A stretch of 64,000 bases of DNA from Candidatus Latescibacterota bacterium (lineage in GTDB: Bacteria > Latescibacterota > UBA2968 > UBA8231), in NCBI GenBank assembly GCA_965217585.1, contig OZ244561.1:1216001-1280000 (forward strand), read 5' to 3'. Position 1 is the stretch's first letter, and every line of letters begins with the position of its first letter. The translations under genes and the position numbers were made by a program. Below are positions 17,580-27,583 of the stretch, piece by piece. The notes below the pieces were generated by a model. That model saw only the letters and a program-made list of their open reading frames with translations. It was not told the DNA's origin and made no database searches.

Positions 17580-17754
17580 GATTGACCTCGGCGAGCCTAG
17601 TGCGCCTCGAATCCCGCTGCCGCAGCCAGCTATCGCAAGCGCCAAGTCGCTGCCTAATTTTCAAACGAATACACTACCGAATTTTCAGGCAGGCGGAACT
17701 CGTCTTAAACTTCCGCAACTGCAATCGGAACCTTGAGCAATTAGAATTGGGCTT

Positions 17755-18555
17755 CTAGGCCTTTTGCAGGGCGCGCCAACGGTCGTAGTAAACCTGGGCT
17801 TTCGGCGGCAGCACGGCACGCACGTTATCGGCCAGCTTCCAGCGAAAGCGCTCGTCCACCTCCGTCTGCGGCTCGTCTGGCCGGTAGATCATCAGCGCAC
17901 CCGTCATGCTCAGCCGCTGGGGCAGGTGCGCCGGTTGGTGGCCGCGATGAATCGTATAACCGCTCCAGAACAGCACTTGCCCCCTTCGCAAAAAGACGTT
18001 CTCCTGGCCGGTGATATCGACCTTCCTATCCACGGCTAAGGCGTGGTGTTCCTCGGGCGTGCGCGGGCGCCGATGACTGCCGGGCACCAGCCACAGGCAA
18101 GGATCGTCAACAAGAGCCAATTGCCACCGCAAACCCGTCATCGGCTGGGTGATAAGGGCCATTTCCCGCTCCGCGTCACTGTCCTGATTGCCCGTCCCAA
18201 TGTCGCGGTGCCAGCCCGTATCGTAGCCCTTATCGGCGCACCACAGATGCACGTGCCCCATGCGCAAGTCCGGCCCCAAAAAAGTCTTGGCATAGCGTTC
18301 GATCGCCGGAGACACTAAGTGCTCGGCAAAGACCGGCTCCCCAAACTCCGGGGCAATCACGCCGAAAATGGCCGTGGCCTCCGGGCCATTGCCGGCCACG
18401 TCCACTTCGCCAGCGCGCACCTTGGCCCACACCCGCCGGGCCGCGGCCTCCAACCGATCGACCATCTCCGGTTCTACTGCATCTTCGACTAGGGAATACC
18501 CCTGCGTGGAGAATTCCTCTTTCACTTTTTCTGGGTCGTGCGTCCGCTCGGGCAT
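17755..18555 (-). CDS. Phytanoyl-CoA dioxygenase family protein
   Basis: WHRD, LVPGSH, HRG. Confidence 0.88.
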   Translation of the reverse strand: MPERTHDPEKVKEEFSTQGYSLVEDAVEPEMVDRLEAAARRVWAKVRAGEVDVAGNGPEATAIFGVIAPEFGEPVFAEHLVSPAIERYAKTFLGPDLRMGHVHLWCADKGYDTGWHRDIGTGNQDSDAEREMALITQPMTGLRWQLALVDDPCLWLVPGSHRRPRTPEEHHALAVDRKVDITGQENVFLRRGQVLFWSGYTIHRGHQPAHLPQRLSMTGALMIYRPDEPQTEVDERFRWKLADNVRAVLPPKAQVYYDRWRALQKA

Positions 18556-18629
18556 GTTTTCCTCCGTGCAAAAGTTATTGTCCCTACACCGCTTGCCCGC
18601 GACAATGACGATGCCGTTGTTAGCAAGCC

Positions 18630-18995
18630 ATGGATCGCATTCTACTGGTAGGCTGCGGCGGCTTCATTGGGGCCGTGTTGCGCTACTTGGTCTCCTTGGG
18701 GACCCTGCGCCTGTTGGGCACCCCACTCTACGCCACCCTCGTGGTCAACGTGGTCGGCTGCCTAGTCATTGGTTTTTTGGGTGGCTTGGCCGAAGAGCGT
18801 CAATACCTAGGGCCCCAGCTCCGCCTATTCCTCTTCGTCGGCATCCTCGGTGGCTTCACCACTTTTTCATCCGTGGCCTACGAGACCGCGCAAATACTGC
18901 GCGCAGGTCAGGTGCCAGCCGCCTTAGTCCACATTGGGCTGCAACTGCTGCTGGGGATTCCCGCTGTATTCGTCGGGTATTGGGCGGCCCGTTAG
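18630..18995 (+). CDS. crcB: Fluoride efflux channel FluC/CrcB
   Basis: GGFIGAVLRY, TLVVNVVGC, GILGGFTTFSS. Confidence 0.95.
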   Translation: MDRILLVGCGGFIGAVLRYLVSLGTLRLLGTPLYATLVVNVVGCLVIGFLGGLAEERQYLGPQLRLFLFVGILGGFTTFSSVAYETAQILRAGQVPAALVHIGLQLLLGIPAVFVGYWAAR

Positions 18996-19780
18996 CCGGC
19001 TAGCCCGCGCAAGTACGCCAAGCTCGCGGGCGCGGCTTCGCGCAAGCTGGCCTGGCGATAGACCTTGACCGAGGCAAAACCCGCGTAGCCAATGGCGTCC
19101 AAGGCCGCGAGCACGGCCTTGAAGTCGAGGTGGCCGCTGCCCAGCACGCTGCCGTTGCTCTCGCACAAGTGGACGTGCCGCAGCGCGTCGCCGCAGTCGA
19201 AAATGGGCTGGGTCAATGACTTTTCTTCAATGTTCATGTGGATCGTATCGACCATCGGCCTAAAAGCCGACACGCCAATGCGCTCAATCAGGGCGCGCAC
19301 CTCGCCCACGGAATTGTTAAACCCCACTTGCAAATGATTGATCGGCTCGACGACCAAGTCCACGCCAGCGTCTTGAGCGGCCAAGCCCACTTCGCGCAGA
19401 CCAGCCGCAATGCGCTCGTTGGCCACCTCGGCGTCGGGCTCGTCCGTGCGCAAGCCCTGCAAAAGCCCGACGACGAGGATGGCGTTGAAACGCTGGGCAA
19501 TGGGCAGGTACTCCCGCAGCCTAGCGACGGCACCGGCGCGGCGATGCGGATCGGCCACACTCAAGCACAATCCTTCGGCATAGGCAGCCCCAGTCAAAAG
19601 CGACGGCACCACCAAGCCGCACGCCTCCACCGCGCGCTCGATCGCGTCTAATTGACCGAGCACCGCAGGCGTCAGATTTAACTCGACACCCTCGTACCCA
19701 CAGTCCTGAATGAAGTCCAACCCGGCGGCGAAATCGCCTCCGAGATCCTCAAAGTCGATTACCATATAGCTGTAGCGCAT
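18992..19780 (-). CDS. Sugar phosphate isomerase/epimerase (xylose-isomerase-like TIM barrel)
   Basis: GYEGVEL, EPIN, DTIHMNIEE, HVHLCESN, GSGHLDF. Confidence 0.88.
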   Translation of the reverse strand: MRYSYMVIDFEDLGGDFAAGLDFIQDCGYEGVELNLTPAVLGQLDAIERAVEACGLVVPSLLTGAAYAEGLCLSVADPHRRAGAVARLREYLPIAQRFNAILVVGLLQGLRTDEPDAEVANERIAAGLREVGLAAQDAGVDLVVEPINHLQVGFNNSVGEVRALIERIGVSAFRPMVDTIHMNIEEKSLTQPIFDCGDALRHVHLCESNGSVLGSGHLDFKAVLAALDAIGYAGFASVKVYRQASLREAAPASLAYLRGLAG

Positions 19781-19835
19781 CGTTGTCTCCAAGTGAGTGG
19801 AAAAGTGGCGAGCGGCCGTCGCCGTGTCTAAGTTA

Positions 19836-19940
19836 CTAACGTTACGCATCGTCCTGACCGTACGCTAGGCGCTGGCAGGATAGAGACGCTTCGACTCCGC
19901 TTCGCTGCGCTCATACCCAAGAAGCCGTGCGTAACATCAG
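19836..19940. mobile_element. 105-bp MITE with 13-bp TIRs and 7-bp TSD
   Basis: ctaacgttacgca...tgcgtaacatcag flanked by TAAGTTA on both sides; same TIR at 63930. Confidence 0.75.
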
Positions 19941-19981
19941 TAAGTTACCCCATTCCATCTAGCCCCAACAGCGGAGCACGC

Positions 19982-20884
19982 GTGCGATACCGACGATTCG
20001 GCAAAACGAACTGGCAAGTCAGCGAAATCGCCATGGGCGGGTCTTGGTTCTACGGACGCCCGGAATACGGCCTCCTACCGGTGGCGCACGGGGTCGCCAT
20101 GGTCAAGCGCGCCCTCGACTTGGGCATCAATTACTTCGACACCGCCCCGCTCTACGGCCAAGGCCGCAGCGAAAAGGTCCTCGGCCACGCCCTCCAAGGC
20201 GTTGACGCGCCCTATTATCTGGCGACCAAGGTAGGCTATTATCCCGCGCCTTTCGACTACACCCGCGATGCAGTTTGGCGGGGGTTTGAGGCCAGCCTCC
20301 TGCGCTTGCAGCGCGACTCAGTCGATCTTTTGCAACTCCACGAGTCCGAACAGGCGGGCTGGGAGGGGATATTCGGCCGGGGACGCGCCTTAGAGGCCAT
20401 GCTCGAAATTCGCGAGCAGGGACTCGCACAACACATCGGCCTGACCGGCTCGGACCTAGTGCTAATGCGCGATGTCCTCGCCGAGTCCGACGCCTTCGTC
20501 TCGGTGATCACCTTCCTCAAATACGACCTACTAGTGCAGACGGCCAAGGAGATCCTCCTGCCCACCGCGGCCGCCCGCGACGTCGCCATCATCCTCGCCT
20601 CGCCGCTGCACGCCGGTCTGCTCGGCTCCAAGCGCGACGCCTGGCAGGAGACCGGCCGCTTTGCCGAGCTGTATCCCAAACTCGAAAAAGTCGAAGCCCT
20701 GCTCGCCGACGAGCCTGGCGACATGCCCGACCACGGGCTGCGCTACTTGCTGTCAGACCCCCAGGTCTCGGTGCTGCTCACCGGCGCTGCAACCATAAAC
20801 GAACTCGAAGTCTCCGCCGCCGTTTCCGACGGCCGCTACTTGTCTCCCGAACTCATCGCCCGCATCGAAGCTCTCACCCCATAA
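19982..20884 (+). CDS. Aldo/keto reductase
   Basis: GINYFDTAPLYG, SE, ATKVG, DLLQLH. Confidence 0.93.
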   Translation: MRYRRFGKTNWQVSEIAMGGSWFYGRPEYGLLPVAHGVAMVKRALDLGINYFDTAPLYGQGRSEKVLGHALQGVDAPYYLATKVGYYPAPFDYTRDAVWRGFEASLLRLQRDSVDLLQLHESEQAGWEGIFGRGRALEAMLEIREQGLAQHIGLTGSDLVLMRDVLAESDAFVSVITFLKYDLLVQTAKEILLPTAAARDVAIILASPLHAGLLGSKRDAWQETGRFAELYPKLEKVEALLADEPGDMPDHGLRYLLSDPQVSVLLTGAATINELEVSAAVSDGRYLSPELIARIEALTP

Positions 20885-20898
20885 GAAGGAAATTGCAG

Positions 20899-21930
20899 AT
20901 GAAACCCGTCCGCGTCGGCTGTATCGGCCTCGGCTGGATCACCCAAAGGGCGCACCTACCCGCGTTAGCTGCCCTCGCCGAGGAAGGCCAAGTCGTCTTC
21001 CAAGCCTTTTGCGACAAAAGCGAGGAAACCCTTCAAGAACAAGCGGCCGTCTACAAGCCTCGCTCGACCTACACCGACCACCACCAGATGTTCGCAGAGC
21101 AGGAACTCGACGCCGTGTACCTGTCCATTCCGCCGACCGCACACACCGACGAGGTGCTTATCGCCGCGGACCAAGGCGTCGCCCTGTTCGTCGAAAAGCC
21201 GCAGACCCTCGACCTAGCGCAAGCCGCCGAATTCAACGCCGCGGTCGAAAAGGCCGGCATCGTATCCCAAGTCGGCTTCGTCTATCGCTACGAGCCTTCT
21301 TCCGCGCCGACCTTGGAGCTATTGCAGCAGCGCACGCCGCGCCACGCCCAAATCCAAAACTTCTACAGCGGCCAGCCCATCCGCTACTGGACCAGCCGCT
21401 ACGAACTCTGCGGCGGTTCCTTCGTCGAAAACACCATCCACAGCGTCGATCTGTTGCGCTACTTTCTCGGCGACATCGAGGCGGTCTCGGCCTTCTACGT
21501 CGAATCCCTGCCTGAAGAGTGCATTGAGCCGATGAACCTCCCCCACGTGTACAACGTCAACTACCGCTTCAAGGGGCGCTTGACCGCCAACGCCAGCGTC
21601 TCGCGGGTAATGAGCAACGTCGAGTACTCCAAGCGCGAAATCCTCGTCGTCAGCGACGACTCGATCATCGAGTGGAATCCACAAAAAGTGACGGAAAACG
21701 GCGAAGTAGTGTGGGAAGCGAAAAAAGAGCCGCAATCGCGTGGGGCTTTCTTCACCCAAGCCCGCGCCTTTATCGCCGCCGTCCAAGCCGGCGATCCGTC
21801 CATGCCGCGCAGCCCCTACGTCCCTTCCCTCAACAGCCTAGCCGCTGTCTTGGGGGCCAATGCCTCGGCCGAAAGCGGCGGCGAGCTGGTCCTCCTCAGC
21901 GACCTAACCGGCGCAAACGCCCGAGGTTAG
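20899..21930 (+). CDS. Gfo/Idh/MocA oxidoreductase
   Basis: IGLGWI, FVEKP, GGSFVENTIHSVD. Confidence 0.9.
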   Translation: MKPVRVGCIGLGWITQRAHLPALAALAEEGQVVFQAFCDKSEETLQEQAAVYKPRSTYTDHHQMFAEQELDAVYLSIPPTAHTDEVLIAADQGVALFVEKPQTLDLAQAAEFNAAVEKAGIVSQVGFVYRYEPSSAPTLELLQQRTPRHAQIQNFYSGQPIRYWTSRYELCGGSFVENTIHSVDLLRYFLGDIEAVSAFYVESLPEECIEPMNLPHVYNVNYRFKGRLTANASVSRVMSNVEYSKREILVVSDDSIIEWNPQKVTENGEVVWEAKKEPQSRGAFFTQARAFIAAVQAGDPSMPRSPYVPSLNSLAAVLGANASAESGGELVLLSDLTGANARG

Positions 21931-21933
21931 CTC

Positions 21934-23430
21934 ATGCAATCCCAACCCACGCCCTTCCTCGACTGGTATGGCATCTGGCCCTCCCACCGCAAGCTCGAAG
22001 ACGACGGCACCATCTGGTCGCAGGACCCGCCCCAAGGCATTGAACTCGTGCCCGAACTAGCGCGCAAGTCCGCGGTCTTCTTCCACAAGGAACGCCCCTA
22101 TGAGCAAGGAGCCAACCTCCACATCAACGCCATGCTCCACGACGAAGGGCGCTACCGCCTCTGGTACGGAGTGCAACGCTTGGACGACATCGCGCGCACG
22201 TATGTCTGCTACGCCGAAAGCGACGACGGCTTTACCTGGCAGCGGCCGGATTTGGGATTGTGCGAGTACGAAGGCTCTACCCGCAACAACATCCTCAGCG
22301 CGGGCCGCGACCATCCCCTCGGCTGGGTGTTCATCGACCCCAGCGCCCCGGCGACCGAGCGCTACAAGGCCGTCGGCCCGGGGGCGAACTACTTCCGCGA
22401 TGGCCAGCCCGACCCGGAAATGGACTCCACGCGCTTCAAGGCCCTGCTCGCGGCCCGCGACTTGGGCGATGTGTCGGCCGGAGAAAAGGCCCGTGGCATT
22501 GAGATTCGGCAGCAGCTCCTCGGCGCGACCTCTGCCGACGGCATCCACTGGCACAACCTCAGCGCGCCCGTCTTCAACGCCGGCGCGACCCAGCTAGACA
22601 CCCACAACCTCTGCATTTACGATCCCCACCAAGAGCAATACGTGGCGTACTTGCGCGGCCATATCGACCGCCGGCGCTTGGTGCGCCGCGTTTCGGGCGC
22701 GCAGTTTGCAGCCTTGGCCGAGCCGCGCCCCTGCCTCCTGCCCGACCCCTTGGACGCGCTCGACGACGACATCTACAACCCCTGCTACACGCCGTACCCC
22801 GGCACGCAGCCGCGCTACCTGATGTTTCCGTCGATATATCATCGGATCGCCTCTACGGTCGATGTCCAGCTCGCGGTCAGCTACGATAACCACCAATGGA
22901 TCCGGCCCTTCCGCCAGCCCATCATCGACCGCACCTATGAGGGGGGAACGTATGGCCAGCTCTACGCCAGCCCGAATCTCATCGCTGCCAACGGCACTTG
23001 GCGGCTGCCTTTTAGAGGCTACCAACGCCGCCACGACTTCCTCCGCCGCGGCGCCGCGTCGTACCCCGAGGATGGGGAATTTCGCTGGGCCTGCTGGGAA
23101 CCGGACCGATTCGCGGGGATAGAGGCCAAAGGCGAGGGGCGGGTCACGCTCATCGAGCGGCCCTGCTGCGGGCGCGAGCTGCTGCTCAACTTTCGCACGG
23201 CTCCAGACGGCTGGATCAAGGCCGAAATCGTCCAGACCATTCACACGCCACCCCAGCCGGTAGAAGCCCACCCCGGCTTTTCGCTCGCCGAGGCCGAACC
23301 CCTCACGGGGGACTCCATCTCCGAGGCAGCGCGCTGGCGGGGTCAAGCCGACCTAGCGGCCCTCGCAGGCGAAAACGTCGGCCTCCGCTTTCACCTGTAC
23401 AAAGCCAAGCTGTTCTCGGTATCTATTTGA
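21934..23430 (+). CDS. Five-bladed beta-propeller glycoside-hydrolase-like protein
   Basis: Asp-box motifs YAESDDGFTW, SADGIHW, SYDNHQW; C-terminal beta domain. Confidence 0.65.
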   Translation: MQSQPTPFLDWYGIWPSHRKLEDDGTIWSQDPPQGIELVPELARKSAVFFHKERPYEQGANLHINAMLHDEGRYRLWYGVQRLDDIARTYVCYAESDDGFTWQRPDLGLCEYEGSTRNNILSAGRDHPLGWVFIDPSAPATERYKAVGPGANYFRDGQPDPEMDSTRFKALLAARDLGDVSAGEKARGIEIRQQLLGATSADGIHWHNLSAPVFNAGATQLDTHNLCIYDPHQEQYVAYLRGHIDRRRLVRRVSGAQFAALAEPRPCLLPDPLDALDDDIYNPCYTPYPGTQPRYLMFPSIYHRIASTVDVQLAVSYDNHQWIRPFRQPIIDRTYEGGTYGQLYASPNLIAANGTWRLPFRGYQRRHDFLRRGAASYPEDGEFRWACWEPDRFAGIEAKGEGRVTLIERPCCGRELLLNFRTAPDGWIKAEIVQTIHTPPQPVEAHPGFSLAEAEPLTGDSISEAARWRGQADLAALAGENVGLRFHLYKAKLFSVSI

Positions 23431-23962
23431 GACGACCCGCGAAAACCTCGGCGAACCGCTCCTCGGCGATGCCGCCCAAGCGCTGCGCCATGCGCTCGAA
23501 TGCGGCGCGGCGATAGTCCCATTGGCCCCACCGCGCCACCTGCTCCAGCCAATCGCATAGGTGGATCGTCACTAGATCGTTGAAATCCTGTTCGTCCATC
23601 TCGATGGAATCGCCGGTCAAGCGGTCTTGGAGCACGTAGGGAGCACCGTGTTGCTCCACGGCGGCGTCAAAAGTGTCGCGCACCATGGCGCAATTGACGT
23701 ACGCCAAGTATTCGGCCCGCTCGCCGATGAGTGCCCGCACTTCAGCGCGGCGCTCAACAGGCAGGGCAAAATCTTGGAAAATCTCGGTGCCGTATATGGA
23801 GTGAAAGAGCGCGGCATGGCACATCACATCGTCGCCTCCCCACTTCTTCATATCGCCGTACACGCCGATGCAGTGAGCCAAGTAGGTCTTGTTGGTATGC
23901 CCCACATCGGCAGCGCCAATTTCCCTGAAAAATGTAGTCATTTCTTTAAAACTAGCAGTCAT
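23423..23962 (-). CDS. DUF6817-like (HD-related) protein
   Basis: H...YLAH, AALFHSIYGT, RALIGERAE. Confidence 0.7.
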   Translation of the reverse strand: MTASFKEMTTFFREIGAADVGHTNKTYLAHCIGVYGDMKKWGGDDVMCHAALFHSIYGTEIFQDFALPVERRAEVRALIGERAEYLAYVNCAMVRDTFDAAVEQHGAPYVLQDRLTGDSIEMDEQDFNDLVTIHLCDWLEQVARWGQWDYRRAAFERMAQRLGGIAEERFAEVFAGRLK

Positions 23963-23971
23963 AGCGTCGTC

Positions 23972-25168
23972 CTATGCGTTTGAGGATTGGATCGGGCGGT
24001 CGGCAATCGGCAGGTGGAGCAGCGCAGCCACCACGCCGAGGGCAATCGCCAACCACCAGACGGGATCGTACGACCCAGTCGCGTCGTAGAGCCGGCCGGC
24101 TAGCCAGACGCCCAAGAAACTGCCGGCCTGATGGCTAAAGAAGACAATGCCGTAGAGCGTTGACAGGTAGCGCGCCCCGAATATCTGCGCCACGGTCCCG
24201 CTGGTCAACGGCACGGTGGCCAGCCACAAGAAGCCGATTAGGCCACCGAAGAGCAAGGCGGAAAAGCTGGTCAGGGGAACGAAGAGAAACAAGCCGATGA
24301 CCACGGCGCGGCTGAAGTAGAGCGCACTCAACAGATATTTCTTGCGGTAGCGGTCGCCCAGCCAGCCGAACAAAGACGAGCCGAAGATGTTGCACAGGCC
24401 AATCAGCGACAAGGCCGTGGCCCCGATCATGCGCGACAGGCCACCGTCGGTGAGGAACGAAGGCAGGTGCGTGGCGATAAAGGCGACGTGGAAACCGCAG
24501 ACGAAGAACCCCGCGTTGAGCAACCAATAGCCCGAATGGCCCCGCGCCCTGAGCAGTGCTTGCAGCAGCGTACCCTCGCCGTGCGGCCGGGCCGCGTGTT
24601 CGCTGGGTCGGCGCGGAAAGCCAAACGCCAACAGCACAACCCAGGCAATTAGGGCCGCGCTGACCACAAAGGACGCTTGCCAACCTGCGTGGACAATCAC
24701 CCACTGCACCCCGGGCACTAAGGCGAAGGTCCCAAACGAACCGGCCGCGGTGACGATGCCAAACACCGTGCTGCGATTTGCCGGATGCACGACTCGGGCG
24801 ACGGCTCCCAGCACGACCACATACGTCGTGCTGCCGAGCCCTAGCCCAATAATGAGGCCCAGCGTCAGATATAAACCGAGCGGGCCGCTGCTAGCCGGCA
24901 CCAGCAGGCACCCGGCCGCGTAGAGCAGCGCGCCCCCGAGCACGACCCACCGCGCCCCATAGCGGTCGGCGATCATCCCGAACAGGGGCAGGCCGAAGAC
25001 CACATTTTGCAGCGCTATAGCCAGGCTGAACACTTCGCGCCCCAAGCCCAAGCTATCGCTAATCGGCTGTAGAAAGAGGCCAAACGACTGGCGAATCCCC
25101 ATGCTGGCGAGGACCGTCAACGCACTGAAGAGCACGATGATCGTCGTCTGGCGGTGGGGAGTAGGCAT
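23972..25168 (-). CDS. MFS transporter
   Basis: GIRQSFGLF, GMIADRYG, GFFVCGFH, GWLGDRY; ~12 hydrophobic helices. Confidence 0.92.
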   Translation of the reverse strand: MPTPHRQTTIIVLFSALTVLASMGIRQSFGLFLQPISDSLGLGREVFSLAIALQNVVFGLPLFGMIADRYGARWVVLGGALLYAAGCLLVPASSGPLGLYLTLGLIIGLGLGSTTYVVVLGAVARVVHPANRSTVFGIVTAAGSFGTFALVPGVQWVIVHAGWQASFVVSAALIAWVVLLAFGFPRRPSEHAARPHGEGTLLQALLRARGHSGYWLLNAGFFVCGFHVAFIATHLPSFLTDGGLSRMIGATALSLIGLCNIFGSSLFGWLGDRYRKKYLLSALYFSRAVVIGLFLFVPLTSFSALLFGGLIGFLWLATVPLTSGTVAQIFGARYLSTLYGIVFFSHQAGSFLGVWLAGRLYDATGSYDPVWWLAIALGVVAALLHLPIADRPIQSSNA

Positions 25169-25375
25169 GAGGATACAGGCGAGGTAGATTGATGGGGTGG
25201 GTAGTATAGCTTCTTGTCGCGCTCGAATCAATCGCCTATTAGCTCCGACCTCGCCCACCACTCAAGAGAAACTCCCGCGCCTCTCAGCGCATGGCCGGGT
25301 GCGATGTGCGCCTCGCCATTCCTTCGTCGTCATCCTTGCACCTACATTCCGCATCGTTAATTTAGCCTGAAAGTG

Positions 25376-25511
25376 GAATACCGCACCCGCCTGATCGCCG
25401 ATGTAGTGCAAGATCAACGTGCGCGGGGCGGCAGCTAATCTGCCCAACGCGGTGAACGCGCCTGAGCCACCGGAAACGGTGGGATATCCACACAGAAGAG
25501 CTTGCGTATGA
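25376..25511 (+). pseudogene. hsdS: 3' remnant of type I restriction-modification specificity subunit
   Basis: EYRTRLIADVV / frameshift / KINVRGAAANLP; stop overlaps next ATG (ATGA). Confidence 0.65.
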
Positions 25512-27157
25512 CCGTCTCCACAAATGAACTCCAAACTTGGATGAACGCCAAGGAAGACGAGCATCTAGAGTTCAAAGAAGCAAAGGCTAATTTTCACTTC
25601 GAGACCTTGGTGAAGTACTGCGTCGCCCTCGCCAATGAAGGCGGCGGAAGGATGATCCTCGGCGTAACGGATAAACTGCCGCGCACGGTGGTGGGTAGCC
25701 GGGCTTTTCCCGATCTCGAACGGACGAAGGCCGGTCTGGTTGAGCGACTGCGGTTGCGCATTGAGGTCGAGGAAATTCAGCATCCAAACGGTCGGATTCT
25801 GGTCTTTCAAATCCCTACTCGTCCGATTGGTGTGCCTATGCAGTATGAAGGCGCGTATTGGATGCGTGGTGGAGAGGCCCTTGTTCCCATGACGCCGGAT
25901 CAACTCCAGCGCATTTTTGCCGAAGCTAGCCCCGATTTCTCGTCTGAGATTTGTACGCCTGCCCGATTAGACGATCTCGATCCGACTGCTGTGGATATTC
26001 TGCGTCAACTTTGGCAGCGGAAGTCACCAGACCAAGACATTTCTACCCGCCCCGTAGAGCAACTCCTAACAGATGCGGAATTGCTCGTCGATGGCGAGGT
26101 GACGTACGCGGTGCTGATCCTGCTGGGCACGCGCAAAGCCCTAGGCAAATATGTCGCCCAAGCAGAGCTTATTTTTGAATACCGTTCCAATGAAGTGCCG
26201 GGACCGGCGGCGGAACGACGTGAATTCAGACAGGGCTTTCTTCCTGTACTCGACGAGATCTGGCGACTTGTCAACCAACGCAACGACCTGCAACACTTTC
26301 AGCAGGGATTCTTTATTTGGGACGTGCCCACGTTCAACGAGCGCGTGGTTCGCGAGGCCGTCTTGAACGCGGTCAGTCACCGCGATTATCGCCACGGAGG
26401 CTCCATCTTCGTGCGCCAGTATCCTCGACGCATCGAGATCGTCAGCCCCGGCGGATTCCCAGCCGGCATCACTCCTGAGAACGTTCTTCGGCAACAAAAT
26501 CCGCGCAATCGCCGTATCGCCGAAGTCCTCGGCAAATGCGGCTTGGTCGAACGGGCCGGGCAGGGGTTTGACCGCATCTTCCGCGAGTGCATTCAGCAGA
26601 GTAAGCCATTGCCCGACTTTTCCCATACGGATGCCCACTCCGTATGGCTCACGCTGCACGGCGATATTCAAGACTCAGAGTTCTTGCGTTTTCTGGAAGA
26701 GATTGGTCGGGAACAAGTGGCCGCATTTGCCCTTGACGATTTGCTGGTGGTCGATCTCGTCCACCGCGAGCAGCCTATTTCCGACTACTTTAAACCAAGA
26801 ATTGGGCATCTGCTGGAACGGGGGATCATCGAGCGCGTCGGACGCGGGCGGGGCGTGCGGCTGCTGTTGTCCCGACAGTTATACCGACACATCGGTCAGG
26901 CAGGGGTCTATACGCGCAAGCGTGGGTTGGACCGCGAGACGAACAAGGAGTTGCTGCTGAAGCACATTCAAGATAACCGGAAAGAAGGGAGCCAGTTGCG
27001 GGAACTGAGGCAGGTGTTGCCAGCCCTCTCGTACGTCCAAGTTCAGAAATTACTTCAAGAGTTGAGGATTAAGGGACAGATCCACAAAGTAGGGAACACT
27101 AGCGCCGCTCGCTGGTATCCAGGGGGACCTCCATCTGGAATTATGCCAAAACAATGA
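25508..27157 (+). CDS. AlbA_2 (Schlafen-like) + HATPase_c_4 + wHTH ATP-binding protein
   Basis: EDEHLEFKEA, VALANEGGG, REAVLNAVSHRDY, SPGGFP, PRNRRIAE, VERAGQG. Confidence 0.9.
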   Translation: MTVSTNELQTWMNAKEDEHLEFKEAKANFHFETLVKYCVALANEGGGRMILGVTDKLPRTVVGSRAFPDLERTKAGLVERLRLRIEVEEIQHPNGRILVFQIPTRPIGVPMQYEGAYWMRGGEALVPMTPDQLQRIFAEASPDFSSEICTPARLDDLDPTAVDILRQLWQRKSPDQDISTRPVEQLLTDAELLVDGEVTYAVLILLGTRKALGKYVAQAELIFEYRSNEVPGPAAERREFRQGFLPVLDEIWRLVNQRNDLQHFQQGFFIWDVPTFNERVVREAVLNAVSHRDYRHGGSIFVRQYPRRIEIVSPGGFPAGITPENVLRQQNPRNRRIAEVLGKCGLVERAGQGFDRIFRECIQQSKPLPDFSHTDAHSVWLTLHGDIQDSEFLRFLEEIGREQVAAFALDDLLVVDLVHREQPISDYFKPRIGHLLERGIIERVGRGRGVRLLLSRQLYRHIGQAGVYTRKRGLDRETNKELLLKHIQDNRKEGSQLRELRQVLPALSYVQVQKLLQELRIKGQIHKVGNTSAARWYPGGPPSGIMPKQ

Positions 27158-27312
27158 ATAATCGGCCAAAAAGCATAATTTTGGCATAAGTTAGACGCAA
27201 TTGATTTTATAAGTATTTGTTTCTTATATCTTTATGTTTAGACATTTATGCTAACATTTATTGCTTATACTACAATAAGTCACAATTTTTTAAGATATGT
27301 GAGGATATGAAC

Positions 27313-27558
27313 ATGAAGAACATTACCGTATCTGTAGATGAAGAAACCCATCGGCTCGCCCGCATTCGGGCGGCGGGGTTGGGCACATCCGTGTCGGCAC
27401 TGGTCCGGGGCTACCTCAAAACCCTCGTCCGCAAGCGAGCCGTCCAAACGGCGGCGTCTCGTCGGTTGGGTTTTATGGCCGGCCAGATCAAAGTCCCCGA
27501 CGACTTCGACAGCATGGGCGGACCGGAGATAGAAGAAATGTTCGGGAGAGACGCATGA
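27313..27558 (+). CDS. Orphan, apparently chimeric antitoxin (RHH N-terminus plus VapB/Phd-type tail)
   Basis: MKNITVSVDEETHRLARIRAA...SVSALVR followed by RRLGFMAGQIKVPDDFD; no toxin downstream. Confidence 0.65.
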   Translation: MKNITVSVDEETHRLARIRAAGLGTSVSALVRGYLKTLVRKRAVQTAASRRLGFMAGQIKVPDDFDSMGGPEIEEMFGRDA

Positions 27559-27583
27559 CTTTATTACGGAAGAGGTGTAGAGT

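Noticed and set aside
18556-18629. Fluoride riboswitch upstream of crcB
   Set aside because: No GGCGATGG...TAATGAC...TAC-type consensus is visible in the short intergenic region.
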